From Acidobacteriota bacterium (GTDB lineage: Bacteria > Acidobacteriota > Thermoanaerobaculia > Multivoradales > UBA5704): DNA of 64,000 nucleotides. The stretch is from the NCBI GenBank assembly GCA_040005235.1, contig JBDTZG010000026.1, forward strand, positions 1 to 64,000. The letters are read 5' to 3'. Shown piece after piece: positions 19,718 to 28,827 of this stretch (position 1 is the stretch's first letter; every line of letters starts with the position of its first letter). The notes beneath the pieces were generated by a model. That model saw only the letters and a program-made list of their open reading frames with translations, did no database searches and was not told where the DNA came from. Both the position numbers and the translations under genes were made by a program.

Positions 19718-21016
19718 ATGATCCGACCCCTACTACTTCGCTCCCTGGTTCTGCTCGGGGCGGCGCTCCCTGCCGCCGCGGAAACGCTCTACCTGCCCAA
19801 TCCCGACACCAACGGCAAGGGATCGCCCACGACCCGCCTCCTGGTACAAAACCGCGACAACGTTTCGCGGCCGCTTAAGGTGAAGTTCATTCCGACCGGC
19901 GCGAGCGGCACCGGGACTCTCTCGACCAAGCGGTACACAATCCCCGCGCATGCCACCTTCGCGCTGTCGATCGCCGAGGCGCTGCGCGGCGTGGGCATGG
20001 AGGAGATCTCAGGCAACGACAGCCTCGACGTCACGGTCGCCGCTTGGGATTTGAAAGTCGGCAGCCAGAACCTCACATGGTCGTTGCCGTTGCTCGACGA
20101 GAGCAATCGCTTCGAGAAGAACGAGACGGCCTACCTCAAGGAGCTGGCGGCCACCGCTGCGGGGATGTTCAAGCCGAACATCGAGCTGATCAACCTGGCG
20201 AGCGCGCCCGCCGTCTGCACGATCGCGCGTTTCGATTCGGCGGGGGTGGCGATTCTGCCGAACCTGGTGGTCAACCTGAGCCCGCTATCGCACAGGGTGA
20301 GGAAAAACGTCGTGGCCGGCCTGGGGCTCGCCGACGGCGTACCGATCTCGGCGCGGGTGACCTGCACCCAGCCGTTCTGGGCGCTCGGCACGGTGGTCGG
20401 CACGGACCCGTTGAAGACCCGCCTGTTCTTCCCGCTCGATGCTCCGTCGCCGCCGGTCGAGGAAGCCGTGACGCTGGACGTTCCAGGAGCCTTCTTCACC
20501 CCGGTCGAAGGAGCGTCGTACCTGGAGGTCCCGCTGCCGCTCGTGCCCGGCACGGCCTATCGCCGGGCGACGATCGACTACGACCTGTTCGTGGGCGATT
20601 TCTCACCAATCTTTACCGGCCTGTTGGGGATGTTTCACGCCGGGGGGCCGCGCTTCAACAAGACCCTCTATTTCGGCTCGTTCGCCCGCGCCATCCGCGA
20701 CCGGAGCATCTTCGATCAAGGCATTCCGGTGATCGAAGCGGCGATCCAGCGCAGCAGCGACTGGACACCCCAGAGCAACTACCACGTCCGGGTCTTCTAC
20801 GACACCGAGGGCGGGCGGATGCGCTGGATCGTGACCGAAAAGGAAGGACTCCTGCGGACGATCATGGCGTTCGAGTGCGGAATCTTCAACTTAGATCTCG
20901 CCGACCGCGACGCGCCCATCTATCTCGCATTCGGCCTGCCGGGCGTCGCCGACAACGCCTACTATCCGCCGATCGGCTGGCGGTTCACGAACCTCGCGGT
21001 GCGGGTCGAGCGGTAG
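19718..21016 (+). CDS. secreted beta-rich hypothetical protein
   Basis: GAGGAG SD, signal peptide (AAA-ET), host-like codon use. Confidence 0.8.
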   Translation: MIRPLLLRSLVLLGAALPAAAETLYLPNPDTNGKGSPTTRLLVQNRDNVSRPLKVKFIPTGASGTGTLSTKRYTIPAHATFALSIAEALRGVGMEEISGNDSLDVTVAAWDLKVGSQNLTWSLPLLDESNRFEKNETAYLKELAATAAGMFKPNIELINLASAPAVCTIARFDSAGVAILPNLVVNLSPLSHRVRKNVVAGLGLADGVPISARVTCTQPFWALGTVVGTDPLKTRLFFPLDAPSPPVEEAVTLDVPGAFFTPVEGASYLEVPLPLVPGTAYRRATIDYDLFVGDFSPIFTGLLGMFHAGGPRFNKTLYFGSFARAIRDRSIFDQGIPVIEAAIQRSSDWTPQSNYHVRVFYDTEGGRMRWIVTEKEGLLRTIMAFECGIFNLDLADRDAPIYLAFGLPGVADNAYYPPIGWRFTNLAVRVER

Positions 21017-21022
21017 GGGGTT

Positions 21023-21046
21023 GGCCGGCCCCGGAAGGGGCCGGCC
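21023..21046. terminator. hairpin between convergent genes
   Basis: GGCCGGCCCC-GGAA-GGGGCCGGCC, no U tract. Confidence 0.5.
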
Positions 21047-21054
21047 GGTCTCGC

Positions 21055-21398
21055 CTAGGGGATCTCTTCGATCAGCACGTTCTGGGTCACGCGGCCGTCG
21101 TAGCCCGGTTCGTCGCCGTCCCCTTCGGTCTTGATGCCCAGGCAGCCGAAAGCGCAGGAACCGTCGGGATCGACGCCGCTCGAATCCGCCGTGCCGAGCA
21201 GCCGTCCGGTGCCCGGCGCGTCGTTGAAGTTACCGATCAGGCGGAACGTTCCCGGATAGGCGTGGTCGAGCTCGAAGTGCGGTCCGCGGAAGCCCGTTGA
21301 GTAATCGCTGGTGTCGTAGAGATCGTTCGGGCCGCGGCCGGCCGTCGACCTTGATGCCGTTGGCGTATTCGGTGAGCTGAACGGTGCCGTCGGCGATC
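21055..21398 (-). pseudogene. 5'-truncated, frameshifted gene remnant (not in ORF track)
   Basis: Minus strand reads IADGTVQLTEYANGIKVDG, then after a 4-nt duplication near 21340 RGPNDLYDTSDYSTGFRG...QNVLIEEIP*. Strong GC3 bias, no start codon. Confidence 0.65.
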
Positions 21399-21409
21399 GG
21401 TATTAGGTC

Positions 21410-21435
21410 GGAAACAAACCCCGACCCCTGCCGTA
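21410..21435 (+). promoter_or_regulatory. putative ECF sigma promoter
   Basis: GGAAAC-N16-CGTA just upstream of the GGAGG SD of the ABC operon. Confidence 0.55.
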
Positions 21436-21462
21436 CAGCCTCGCGGGAGGAGTTTGGATCTC

Positions 21463-22347
21463 ATGCTTGAAATCAAGGGACTCACCAAGAAATACCCGAG
21501 CGGCACAGTCGCTCTGTCAGATTTTTCGCTGTCGGTGGGGGAAGGGGTGCTCGGCCTGCTCGGCCCGAACGGCGCGGGCAAGACAACGTTGATGACGATC
21601 CTCGCGACGGTGACCCAGCCGTCCTCGGGTACGTTTCACTGGGAGGGGCACGACGGCGTTGCCGATCCGCTCGCGGTGCGCCGGACGCTCGGCTTTCTGC
21701 CGCAGGATTTCGGGGTCTACGAGAAGCTCACCGCTAGAGAGTTTCTGCTGTACCTCGGTCGCTTGAAGGGGCTCGTCGGCAAGGATCTGAAGAGGCGGGT
21801 GGGCGAGCTGCTCGCGCTGGTGAACTTGCACGGCGCGGCCGACCGGCGGCTCGGCGGCTACTCGGGCGGCATGCGCCAGCGGGTGGGAATCGCCCAGGCG
21901 CTGCTCGGCGATCCGAAGTTGGTCATCGTCGACGAGCCGACGGTCGGGCTCGACCCGGAGGAGCGGGTCCGTTTCCGCAACCTGCTCGCCGAGGTCGCCC
22001 AAGGCCGGGTCGTCCTGCTCTCCACCCACATCGTCTCGGACATTGAGGCCATCGCCTCGTCGATCGCCGTCGTCCGCGCCGGGAGGCTGCTGGTTCACGC
22101 CTCCCCCGAAGAGCTGCTGCGGACGGCGGAGGGGCGGGTGTTCCGTGCCGTGGTGCCGAGCGACCGGCTCGCCGCGGTCCAGGCGCAGGTGCCGGTCTCG
22201 AACCTTGCGCGTCGGGCGGACGGCGTCCACGTTCGCTTCGTCGGTGCGGTGGGGGGCGCCGCGGCTCTTCCCGGCGCCGAGCCGGTCGAGCCGACGCTCG
22301 AAGACGCCTACCTGATCTCCCAGCTTGCTTCGAGCGGCCGGCCATGA
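21463..22347 (+). CDS. ABC transporter ATP-binding protein
   Basis: GPNGAGKTT, YSGGMRQR, IVDEP, STH. Confidence 0.95.
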   Translation: MLEIKGLTKKYPSGTVALSDFSLSVGEGVLGLLGPNGAGKTTLMTILATVTQPSSGTFHWEGHDGVADPLAVRRTLGFLPQDFGVYEKLTAREFLLYLGRLKGLVGKDLKRRVGELLALVNLHGAADRRLGGYSGGMRQRVGIAQALLGDPKLVIVDEPTVGLDPEERVRFRNLLAEVAQGRVVLLSTHIVSDIEAIASSIAVVRAGRLLVHASPEELLRTAEGRVFRAVVPSDRLAAVQAQVPVSNLARRADGVHVRFVGAVGGAAALPGAEPVEPTLEDAYLISQLASSGRP

Positions 22348-23969
22348 GCGCTCTCGGCGCTTCGATCGCCGCCCAGGTCGGGGCGGAGGTGCGCACGCGG
22401 CTCCGTTCGGCCGGCACCTTCGTGGCACTCGCGCTGTTCATGATTGGCGCCTATCTCTGGATTCCGAATCCGGGCGGCAAGGCGACCTCGGTCTCCTGGC
22501 AACTGGCCGACGGCCGGCTGCAAACGAGCGTCCACAGTGCCGCCTATATCGGTTCGGCGATGTCGTTCCTCGGCGGCTTCTTCGCGGTCGCGATCGGCTT
22601 TTACCTGGTTGCCGGCTCGATCCGGCGCGACCGCCAACGAGGCATCGGCGCCATCCTCGCGGCTACGCCACTGCCGAACGCCTCCTATCTCGGTGGCAAA
22701 TTCCTCGCCCATGTCTGCTACCTGGCGTTGATGACCTCTCTGATCGTGCCGATCGGGATCTACCACTGGCTGCGCTTCGGCGTCGGCCCGTTCGACCTGG
22801 TCGCTTTCTTAGGTCCGCTCGTCCTGCTCACTCTCCCCGGGATCGCATTCGTGTCCGCCATGGCGGTGCTGTTCGACGTCGCGCCGGGTCTGTCCGGGCG
22901 CTTCGGCCTGGTCGCCTGGTTTTTCACCCTCTCGATTTTCGTCGCGGCGCTGCCGATCGCCCAGGCCAGGAATCCGGTAACCGGGCTCAACGACCGCCTG
23001 CCGTTCTTCGATCCGATGGGCGGGACGACCGTTGCGGTGCTGATCGGCAAGTCGCTGCCGCAGGCGAAAGAGGGTTCGATCTCGACCGGGTTAATCTTCC
23101 GCGAGGGTCCGCCGATCGAGCAGGTGGCTTGGTCCGGCCTGCCGATCGACGCCCGCTTCGTGGCGCTCCGCCTGGGCGGCATCCTCTGGGGCCTTCTGCC
23201 GCTTGGCCTGGCGCTCCTGCTGTTCGACCGGTTCGATCCGGCGCGCCGTCGCCTCCGCCTGCCCAGTCCCGGGCGCGCGGCGAAAGAGGCGGCGGTGGCA
23301 GTGGCCGCGGAGAGCCCGGAGATTCCGCGAGCTCGCTTCGCCGATCTGGCGCCGATCCAGGTGAGCCCTTCCCGCACGCGGGCGGTGCTTGCCGATGCGC
23401 TCCTCCTCTGGCAGACCAGCTCGTTCCTCCGTTGGCCTTTGCTGCTCGCCGTCATTTTGGCCGCCTTCGTTCCGGCCGGCGCGACCCCGATGCTCGGCGC
23501 AGCCTTTCTTCTCCTTCTGGCCGCGACGATCGCCGAAGCCCCCTGCCGAGAAGAGCTTGCCGGAGCGGCACCGCTCGTCTTCTCGCAACCCGGCGTGCCG
23601 CGCTCGACTGTGCTCTGGAAACTCGCCTCGGTCGGTCTGTTCAGTCTGATCGTCGGCGCGCCGTTCCTTCTCCGTTCGGCGTTGGCTTCACCGGCTCAAG
23701 GCTTCGCCGCCGTTTCCGGCCTGCTGTTCATGGCCGCGCTCGCGGCGAGCTTCGGGGTGCTCACCGGCGGGGGCAAGCTCTTCCTCGCCCTCTTCCTCGG
23801 CCTCTGGTACTGCTCGCTCAACCGGATTCCCTACCTGGACTTCTGCGGACTGTTCGGCGCGGATCTGGGGCTGCCGGTCCGCGCGGCGTATCTGGCGGCG
23901 GGGACGGTCTTCGTAGCTCTCGCGATGGCGGTCGAGACACGGCGGCGGGCGGGGGGCGTAGGACGCTGA
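22344..23969 (+). CDS. ABC transporter permease
   Basis: Multi-TM protein with an ATGA overlap to the ATPase; IRRDRQRGIGAILAATP ABC-2-like motif. Confidence 0.85.
   Translation: MSALGASIAAQVGAEVRTRLRSAGTFVALALFMIGAYLWIPNPGGKATSVSWQLADGRLQTSVHSAAYIGSAMSFLGGFFAVAIGFYLVAGSIRRDRQRGIGAILAATPLPNASYLGGKFLAHVCYLALMTSLIVPIGIYHWLRFGVGPFDLVAFLGPLVLLTLPGIAFVSAMAVLFDVAPGLSGRFGLVAWFFTLSIFVAALPIAQARNPVTGLNDRLPFFDPMGGTTVAVLIGKSLPQAKEGSISTGLIFREGPPIEQVAWSGLPIDARFVALRLGGILWGLLPLGLALLLFDRFDPARRRLRLPSPGRAAKEAAVAVAAESPEIPRARFADLAPIQVSPSRTRAVLADALLLWQTSSFLRWPLLLAVILAAFVPAGATPMLGAAFLLLLAATIAEAPCREELAGAAPLVFSQPGVPRSTVLWKLASVGLFSLIVGAPFLLRSALASPAQGFAAVSGLLFMAALAASFGVLTGGGKLFLALFLGLWYCSLNRIPYLDFCGLFGADLGLPVRAAYLAAGTVFVALAMAVETRRRAGGVGR
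23598..23962 (+). repeat. direct repeat copy 1 (3' end of permease)
   Basis: Aligns to 28391-28754 with about 21 substitutions and a 1-nt indel (manual count). Confidence 0.95.
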
Positions 23970-24279
23970 CCGGCTGAGCTGAAGCCGCCGGTGACACTCG
24001 GCGAGCGGCCGAAGGCGAAGCTCTCGGCGATTGCCGCCGGGGCACTACGTAACAGCAACGGACAAACCCCGGCGGGGATCTTCCTCGCCGGTGGCGCTAG
24101 ACTAGACTAGATAATGCGCAATGATCGGGTCATGCAGAAGGTTCACTCGCGCCCGAGTTTCGAGCGGATCGGTTGCCCTGACCGGGCGATCTGCCGCCCC
24201 TGGCCTGCCTGACCAGGCACGAGCCTGGCCAGGGCCGAGCGGCAACCTCGAGCGGCGAAACTGAAGCACGAGCCACCCC

Positions 24280-24930
24280 TCATTCGCTCGCCGCCTCGGC
24301 GGGCGCTTTCGGTAGGAAGGCCACTACGAGCACAAATGGATAGTCCACGCCGGGGCTCTCGGTGTGGGGGGCGGCGTCAACGTCGAGGGGCAACTCGGTC
24401 AGGGTCTCCTGGACCGCCTCTGTCGTCAAGCGATCCGCGCGGCTGCTCACGAATCGCCAGATCACCTGTGCCTGGGTCGCGGGCTCAAGGCGAAAGGGTC
24501 CGTCGTTGAAGGCCGCCGCGATCTCTCCTCGACACGGCGACGACGCGCCCGCGGGGCAGAGGCTGACCAGCGCCCTCTCCGCTTCGAGGCTTCGCCGCAC
24601 CAGCGGATCGCACGTTTCGACCTCGCGCGACGGCACGGCAGCGCAAAGGCGAATCCGCACCTCCCGTGAGGCTTCATCCACAACTTCTACCGGTGCTACG
24701 TAGGGAATGCCAATGTGCATGACGTCTCGCGAGCGAGCGCAGCGGATCAGCACTGCGGTCGCCGACGTCATGACGGCTTGCTGTTGATCTGCGGAGAGCT
24801 GAGAATCGCGAGGGGCAGAGATGTCTGCGCACCATTCCACTCGCGACGGTACGGCGATGTCCAAGACTTCCGCGTGTGCGGCGAGTGCGGCAAGAAGCGA
24901 AATAGGCACCCAGAGTGCTGAACGGTTCAT
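24280..24930 (-). CDS. secreted Cys-containing hypothetical protein
   Basis: MNRSALWVPISLLAALAAHA signal peptide, six Cys, 17 nt downstream of the large ORF. Confidence 0.7.
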   Translation of the reverse strand: MNRSALWVPISLLAALAAHAEVLDIAVPSRVEWCADISAPRDSQLSADQQQAVMTSATAVLIRCARSRDVMHIGIPYVAPVEVVDEASREVRIRLCAAVPSREVETCDPLVRRSLEAERALVSLCPAGASSPCRGEIAAAFNDGPFRLEPATQAQVIWRFVSSRADRLTTEAVQETLTELPLDVDAAPHTESPGVDYPFVLVVAFLPKAPAEAASE

Positions 24931-24947
24931 GTTCACGAAAGGCCTCC

Positions 24948-27900
24948 CTATAGTTGCCCGAGGCATAGCAGATTGCCCGTTGGAGTGGCCAACGAGCTGG
25001 CCAGAAACCCAACGCCCTTTGCAAGCCCCGTTGCAAGGGCAGACTCCGCCAGATCGAAGGAACCGGACAGTAGCGGGTTAATGCTGACTCTGAGGATGTC
25101 GTCGATTAGGGGCACCGATGAGTCGACCTGCGGGGAGACGCCACCAGCCAACAGCACGCCCCCCGACAAGCTGGCGACCGAGACGATCCCGCGATTGCAG
25201 ACGCGGAGCCTTCCATCCGCGAGCTGCAGCAGCGGGTTCGTCAGCATAGCTGTGGCGCCCAAAGCATGGACCTCGAACCTCTTGTGCCATTTCAAGGCGA
25301 CCTTGTCGTGGAGCTTCGTCTTCCACTCGCAGCCCTCATATCGGACACAGCCGCAGATGCCAAACACGCACTTCGTCTCGGTGCAGCAGAGTCCAGACGT
25401 TGACACCCACTTCTCGGGAAGGACTTCGAACTCCTCTGGCTCGGTGTCGCACGACGCACCGCTGGTGCTCTTGAGTAGAACTCCGAGCGGCGCCAGGTTG
25501 CCGGTCGCCGCGAAGTGGCCCTCTCGGACCATTACGTCGAGGGCGGCCCCTCCCGAGGCGTAGTTGTACTCGACAGGTATGTTCAGCTTGCAGAATGCTT
25601 CGGCAGGTATCGACGATGTAGCCCAGCCGGTGAACGCACCGACCTTGGCGGTTCCTTTGCCGGATAGCTGGTCAGAAAGCCCACTTGCCGTCGCCGAAAT
25701 CTCAAACCCGGCATTGTCGTTGATGTGTGCTTCCCCGCTGACGCTCAACCGCCCGGATGCCCAGAAGGAGACATCCTGATACTTATACTGCACGGGTTCG
25801 CTCTGTGGCAACACGCTCACGGAAACGGCGCTCACAGTCAGTCGCGCTTCGCCAACCGCTACGTCGGTACCGAACTGAACAGCGGCGTTCCGAAGATCCA
25901 AGGAGAAACCGCTGAAGGTGACAGGGAGTAACGTCAGCGAATCTGCCAGCATGGCTGAGCCGCTCATCCGGTCGAGCTTGATCGGAGCGGCTGGTGTCGC
26001 CTCGAAGGCAACCTCGCTCGGTCGGTCTGCGGGCCGCGGATGCGAGACATGGGACGAGTCGATGGTGAGGCCGGCCAGGCTGAACTCTGCCAGCTCGCCA
26101 TTCGCTACCAGCGTCAGCTCCCGGAGTTTGATCCGCGGCGCGCTGATCAGGGTGCCGGAAAGATCGATAGTAGCCGACGGGTCGAGAAGGGCGAACTCGA
26201 CATCCCTGGCCGCAAACTGGCCGCTCAACAGGGACACGTGCCCGGTCGCGAGGTCGAGGCCGATGCGCACCGTTCCCTGCGCCGAGAGCGCCAGCGTCGC
26301 ACGCGCCTCTTTGCCCTTTTCGCCGATCCGGATGATGGGCTGCCCGAGGGCGAGTAGCTCGCTGCTAATGGTGAGTGCGCCAGTGGTCTCTTTGCCCACC
26401 GCGAGCGGCGTCGCGTTGGTGAGCACCACTCCAGCCGAAGCGAAGGATGGTGTGGCCCCCGCCATGAATGGCTTCGTGGCGACCGTGCTGGCCAAGGTCA
26501 GTCGCAGGCCATCGGCTGGCACCTCCAGGCGGCTCTTCTCGAGCTCGGGCCACTGGAGAGCCACAACACCGGAAAGGTTTCCCTCGGTGATCGATGCCGA
26601 GAGCAGGGCCTCTTGGTTGTCGTCGAAAATCGTCACCGAGGATCCCACAGGCGGAAGGGCGATCGCGAGTGGAATCCGTATCTCGATTCCGACCGCGCCT
26701 AAGGTGAACGGGAGTGATATCCCTTGAGAGATCTCGACGCGCCCGATCTTGAAGCGTGACGCAACGAGCCTGCCCTGGGTTCTCATACTGTTGGGCGCAC
26801 CGCTGACCTCTAGATGGAGCGTCTCGGCGGATTCGGCAGGAACGAGAAAGGAGAGGGCCGGCAAGTCGGGGCGCGACCAGTCGATTTTCCCATCGACTAT
26901 CTTGGAGTCGAGCTTTGCGAAATGAGCCTTGACGCCACCCCGAACCAGTACGGCGTCCCCCGTCGTCTTGACCTCACCCCGATCGGACTCCAAGGCAACG
27001 TCGCTGCTCGAGAGCGCCGACAGCACCAAGCCCTGGCCCGCAGGTGCTTCGACCACTGAAGTCAGCTCTTTGACGTGGAGCGTCGGACGGTCCAGAGCCG
27101 CCGTGTCGGTGTCTCGCACGAACACGGCGGTGCCAGCCGTCCCTTCCAAGTTATGCACAATCGCTGTCGACTGCCCACCTATGGTCTTGATCTCGAAGTT
27201 CTGAACCTTTAGCGTGGCCTCTCGGAGAACGACGGGCCCCAGCGCTAGCTCGGCAGCGGCAAAGGAGACGAGTGAGGTGCTGCGCATCCTTGCCTTCCAG
27301 AATCGCGCGAGGCGCTTGGCGAGGTCGAGATGCACGGTCACGTTCTCGGTGTCCGGCGAGATGGGCGCGAGGTCTGCAGTCGTCACGGCGCCACCCGGGA
27401 GAGTGATGGCAGCGCCCATGACATTGCGTTTCCAGGCCTCGATCTGCAACGTGCCCTCGAGCCGGTCCGGCAAGGCGAGGACCCGGGTCACGTTCTCGAC
27501 GTAAAGCAGGGCGCCGGCGAGAGGCATGGTGCCTCCGGCGAGGCTGATGGTACCGGACTGAACACGGCTCAGCGTCGCCTTGAACTGGCGGGCATCGATC
27601 TGAAACCGATTCCCGCCCCCGTTGTTGGAGCGGAATAGCTGTGCGTTCAGGATTGGAAGAGCTTGGATGGTTCCCGCGAGCAGAAGGTGGATCCCCTTTT
27701 TCTCGGCTTCCAGGGCAATCTCCTCGCAGCTGAGCTGGGCTTCCTGGTCCGGCAAGGTGCTATCGAAAATGAACAATCCCGCCCGGGAGCGCCTTGCAGG
27801 GTCGAGCTCATAGCTCCAGGGTACCCACATGCCATCGGGCTTCGGATTGGCGCGTGCTGAATCGCTCTGTCCGCGGACGCCATCCAAGCAGAGCGAGCCG

Positions 27901-28172
27901 ATGGTCACGCCACCCTTGCTTGCCGGCGAGGCCGCCCAAACAGGGTGCTCACCGACCGCGGCCAGGAACATCATTAGGGCGCAGATCAACGCGATATCAA
28001 GAAGGGCGCCAGATTTTCTTCCCACGACGACTCGCCATCGAGATCGAACCGACGCCGGGCGGGCGGCGCCACCTCCAGATTCATCCGGACGAGTTGCTTG
28101 CTCAGTAGCTGCACCCGCAAGCAGTTGCTTGACGCCCCCACTCCAGGAACGACCGATAATCCACGGGACCAT
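24948..28172 (-). CDS. large exported beta-strand-rich hypothetical protein with Cys-rich C-terminal insert
   Basis: Uninterrupted ORF. AAAGGAGG SD 7 nt before ATG 28172. Hydrophobic segment LLDIALICALMMFLAAV, amphipathic beta pattern, CCTETKCVFGICGCVRYEGC. Confidence 0.8.
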   Translation of the reverse strand: MVPWIIGRSWSGGVKQLLAGAATEQATRPDESGGGAARPASVRSRWRVVVGRKSGALLDIALICALMMFLAAVGEHPVWAASPASKGGVTIGSLCLDGVRGQSDSARANPKPDGMWVPWSYELDPARRSRAGLFIFDSTLPDQEAQLSCEEIALEAEKKGIHLLLAGTIQALPILNAQLFRSNNGGGNRFQIDARQFKATLSRVQSGTISLAGGTMPLAGALLYVENVTRVLALPDRLEGTLQIEAWKRNVMGAAITLPGGAVTTADLAPISPDTENVTVHLDLAKRLARFWKARMRSTSLVSFAAAELALGPVVLREATLKVQNFEIKTIGGQSTAIVHNLEGTAGTAVFVRDTDTAALDRPTLHVKELTSVVEAPAGQGLVLSALSSSDVALESDRGEVKTTGDAVLVRGGVKAHFAKLDSKIVDGKIDWSRPDLPALSFLVPAESAETLHLEVSGAPNSMRTQGRLVASRFKIGRVEISQGISLPFTLGAVGIEIRIPLAIALPPVGSSVTIFDDNQEALLSASITEGNLSGVVALQWPELEKSRLEVPADGLRLTLASTVATKPFMAGATPSFASAGVVLTNATPLAVGKETTGALTISSELLALGQPIIRIGEKGKEARATLALSAQGTVRIGLDLATGHVSLLSGQFAARDVEFALLDPSATIDLSGTLISAPRIKLRELTLVANGELAEFSLAGLTIDSSHVSHPRPADRPSEVAFEATPAAPIKLDRMSGSAMLADSLTLLPVTFSGFSLDLRNAAVQFGTDVAVGEARLTVSAVSVSVLPQSEPVQYKYQDVSFWASGRLSVSGEAHINDNAGFEISATASGLSDQLSGKGTAKVGAFTGWATSSIPAEAFCKLNIPVEYNYASGGAALDVMVREGHFAATGNLAPLGVLLKSTSGASCDTEPEEFEVLPEKWVSTSGLCCTETKCVFGICGCVRYEGCEWKTKLHDKVALKWHKRFEVHALGATAMLTNPLLQLADGRLRVCNRGIVSVASLSGGVLLAGGVSPQVDSSVPLIDDILRVSINPLLSGSFDLAESALATGLAKGVGFLASSLATPTGNLLCLGQL

Positions 28173-28390
28173 GTCTAGGCCTCCTTTAAGTTGTAAAACG
28201 AACGAGGCACCGAATCCGAACAAGTCACGTGCCTTAAGCCGTTCGTTGGAATAGACGGACCCTGGTTGCGGATTCGGGTCGGGTGGAACGGTCTCTGGCT
28301 GAAGGCTGGCGGCGGATGACACGAAGCCGTCGGAGGGCGCCGCGGGCTGGCTAGCCGATGAGGCCGTTGGTGGGCGGCGGCGTGGTGTTA

Positions 28391-28754
28391 CCGCGCTCGA
28401 CCGTGCTCTGGAAGCTCGCCTCGGTCGGTCTATTCAGTCTGATCGTCGGCGCGCCGTTCCTTCTCCGCTCGGCACTGGCTTCACCGGCTCAAGGCTTCGC
28501 CGCCCTTTCCGGCCTGCTATTCATGGCCGCGCTCGCCGCGAGCTTCGGGGTGCTCACCGGAGGGGGCAAGCTCTTCCTCGCCCTTTTTCTCGGCCTCTGG
28601 TACTGCTCACTCAACCGGATCCCCTACCTCGACTTCTGCGGGCTGTTCGGCGCGGATCTTGGACTGCCGGTCCGCGCGGCGTATCTGGCGGCGGGAACGG
28701 TCTTCGTAGCTCTCGCGATGGCGGTCGAGGCGCGGCGGCGGGCGGGGGGGTAGG
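28391..28754 (+). pseudogene. orphan duplicate of the ABC permease 3' end (direct repeat copy 2)
   Basis: Encodes the same C-terminal ~120 aa with only two amino-acid changes; followed directly by the terminator. Confidence 0.9.
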
Positions 28755-28764
28755 CGCTAAAACG

Positions 28765-28804
28765 AAAAAAGCGGGTGGCTCCTCCTCGGAGCCACCCGCC
28801 TTTT
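28765..28804. terminator. bidirectional rho-independent terminator
   Basis: AAAAAA-GCGGGTGGCTCC-TCCTC-GGAGCCACCCGC-CTTTT. Confidence 0.88.
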
Positions 28805-28827
28805 AGAACTTCGATTCGTTGCGAGCT

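Noticed and set aside
23598-28754. Diversity-generating retroelement TR/VR pair
   Set aside because: Differences are mostly synonymous and not adenine-specific, and no reverse transcriptase is present.
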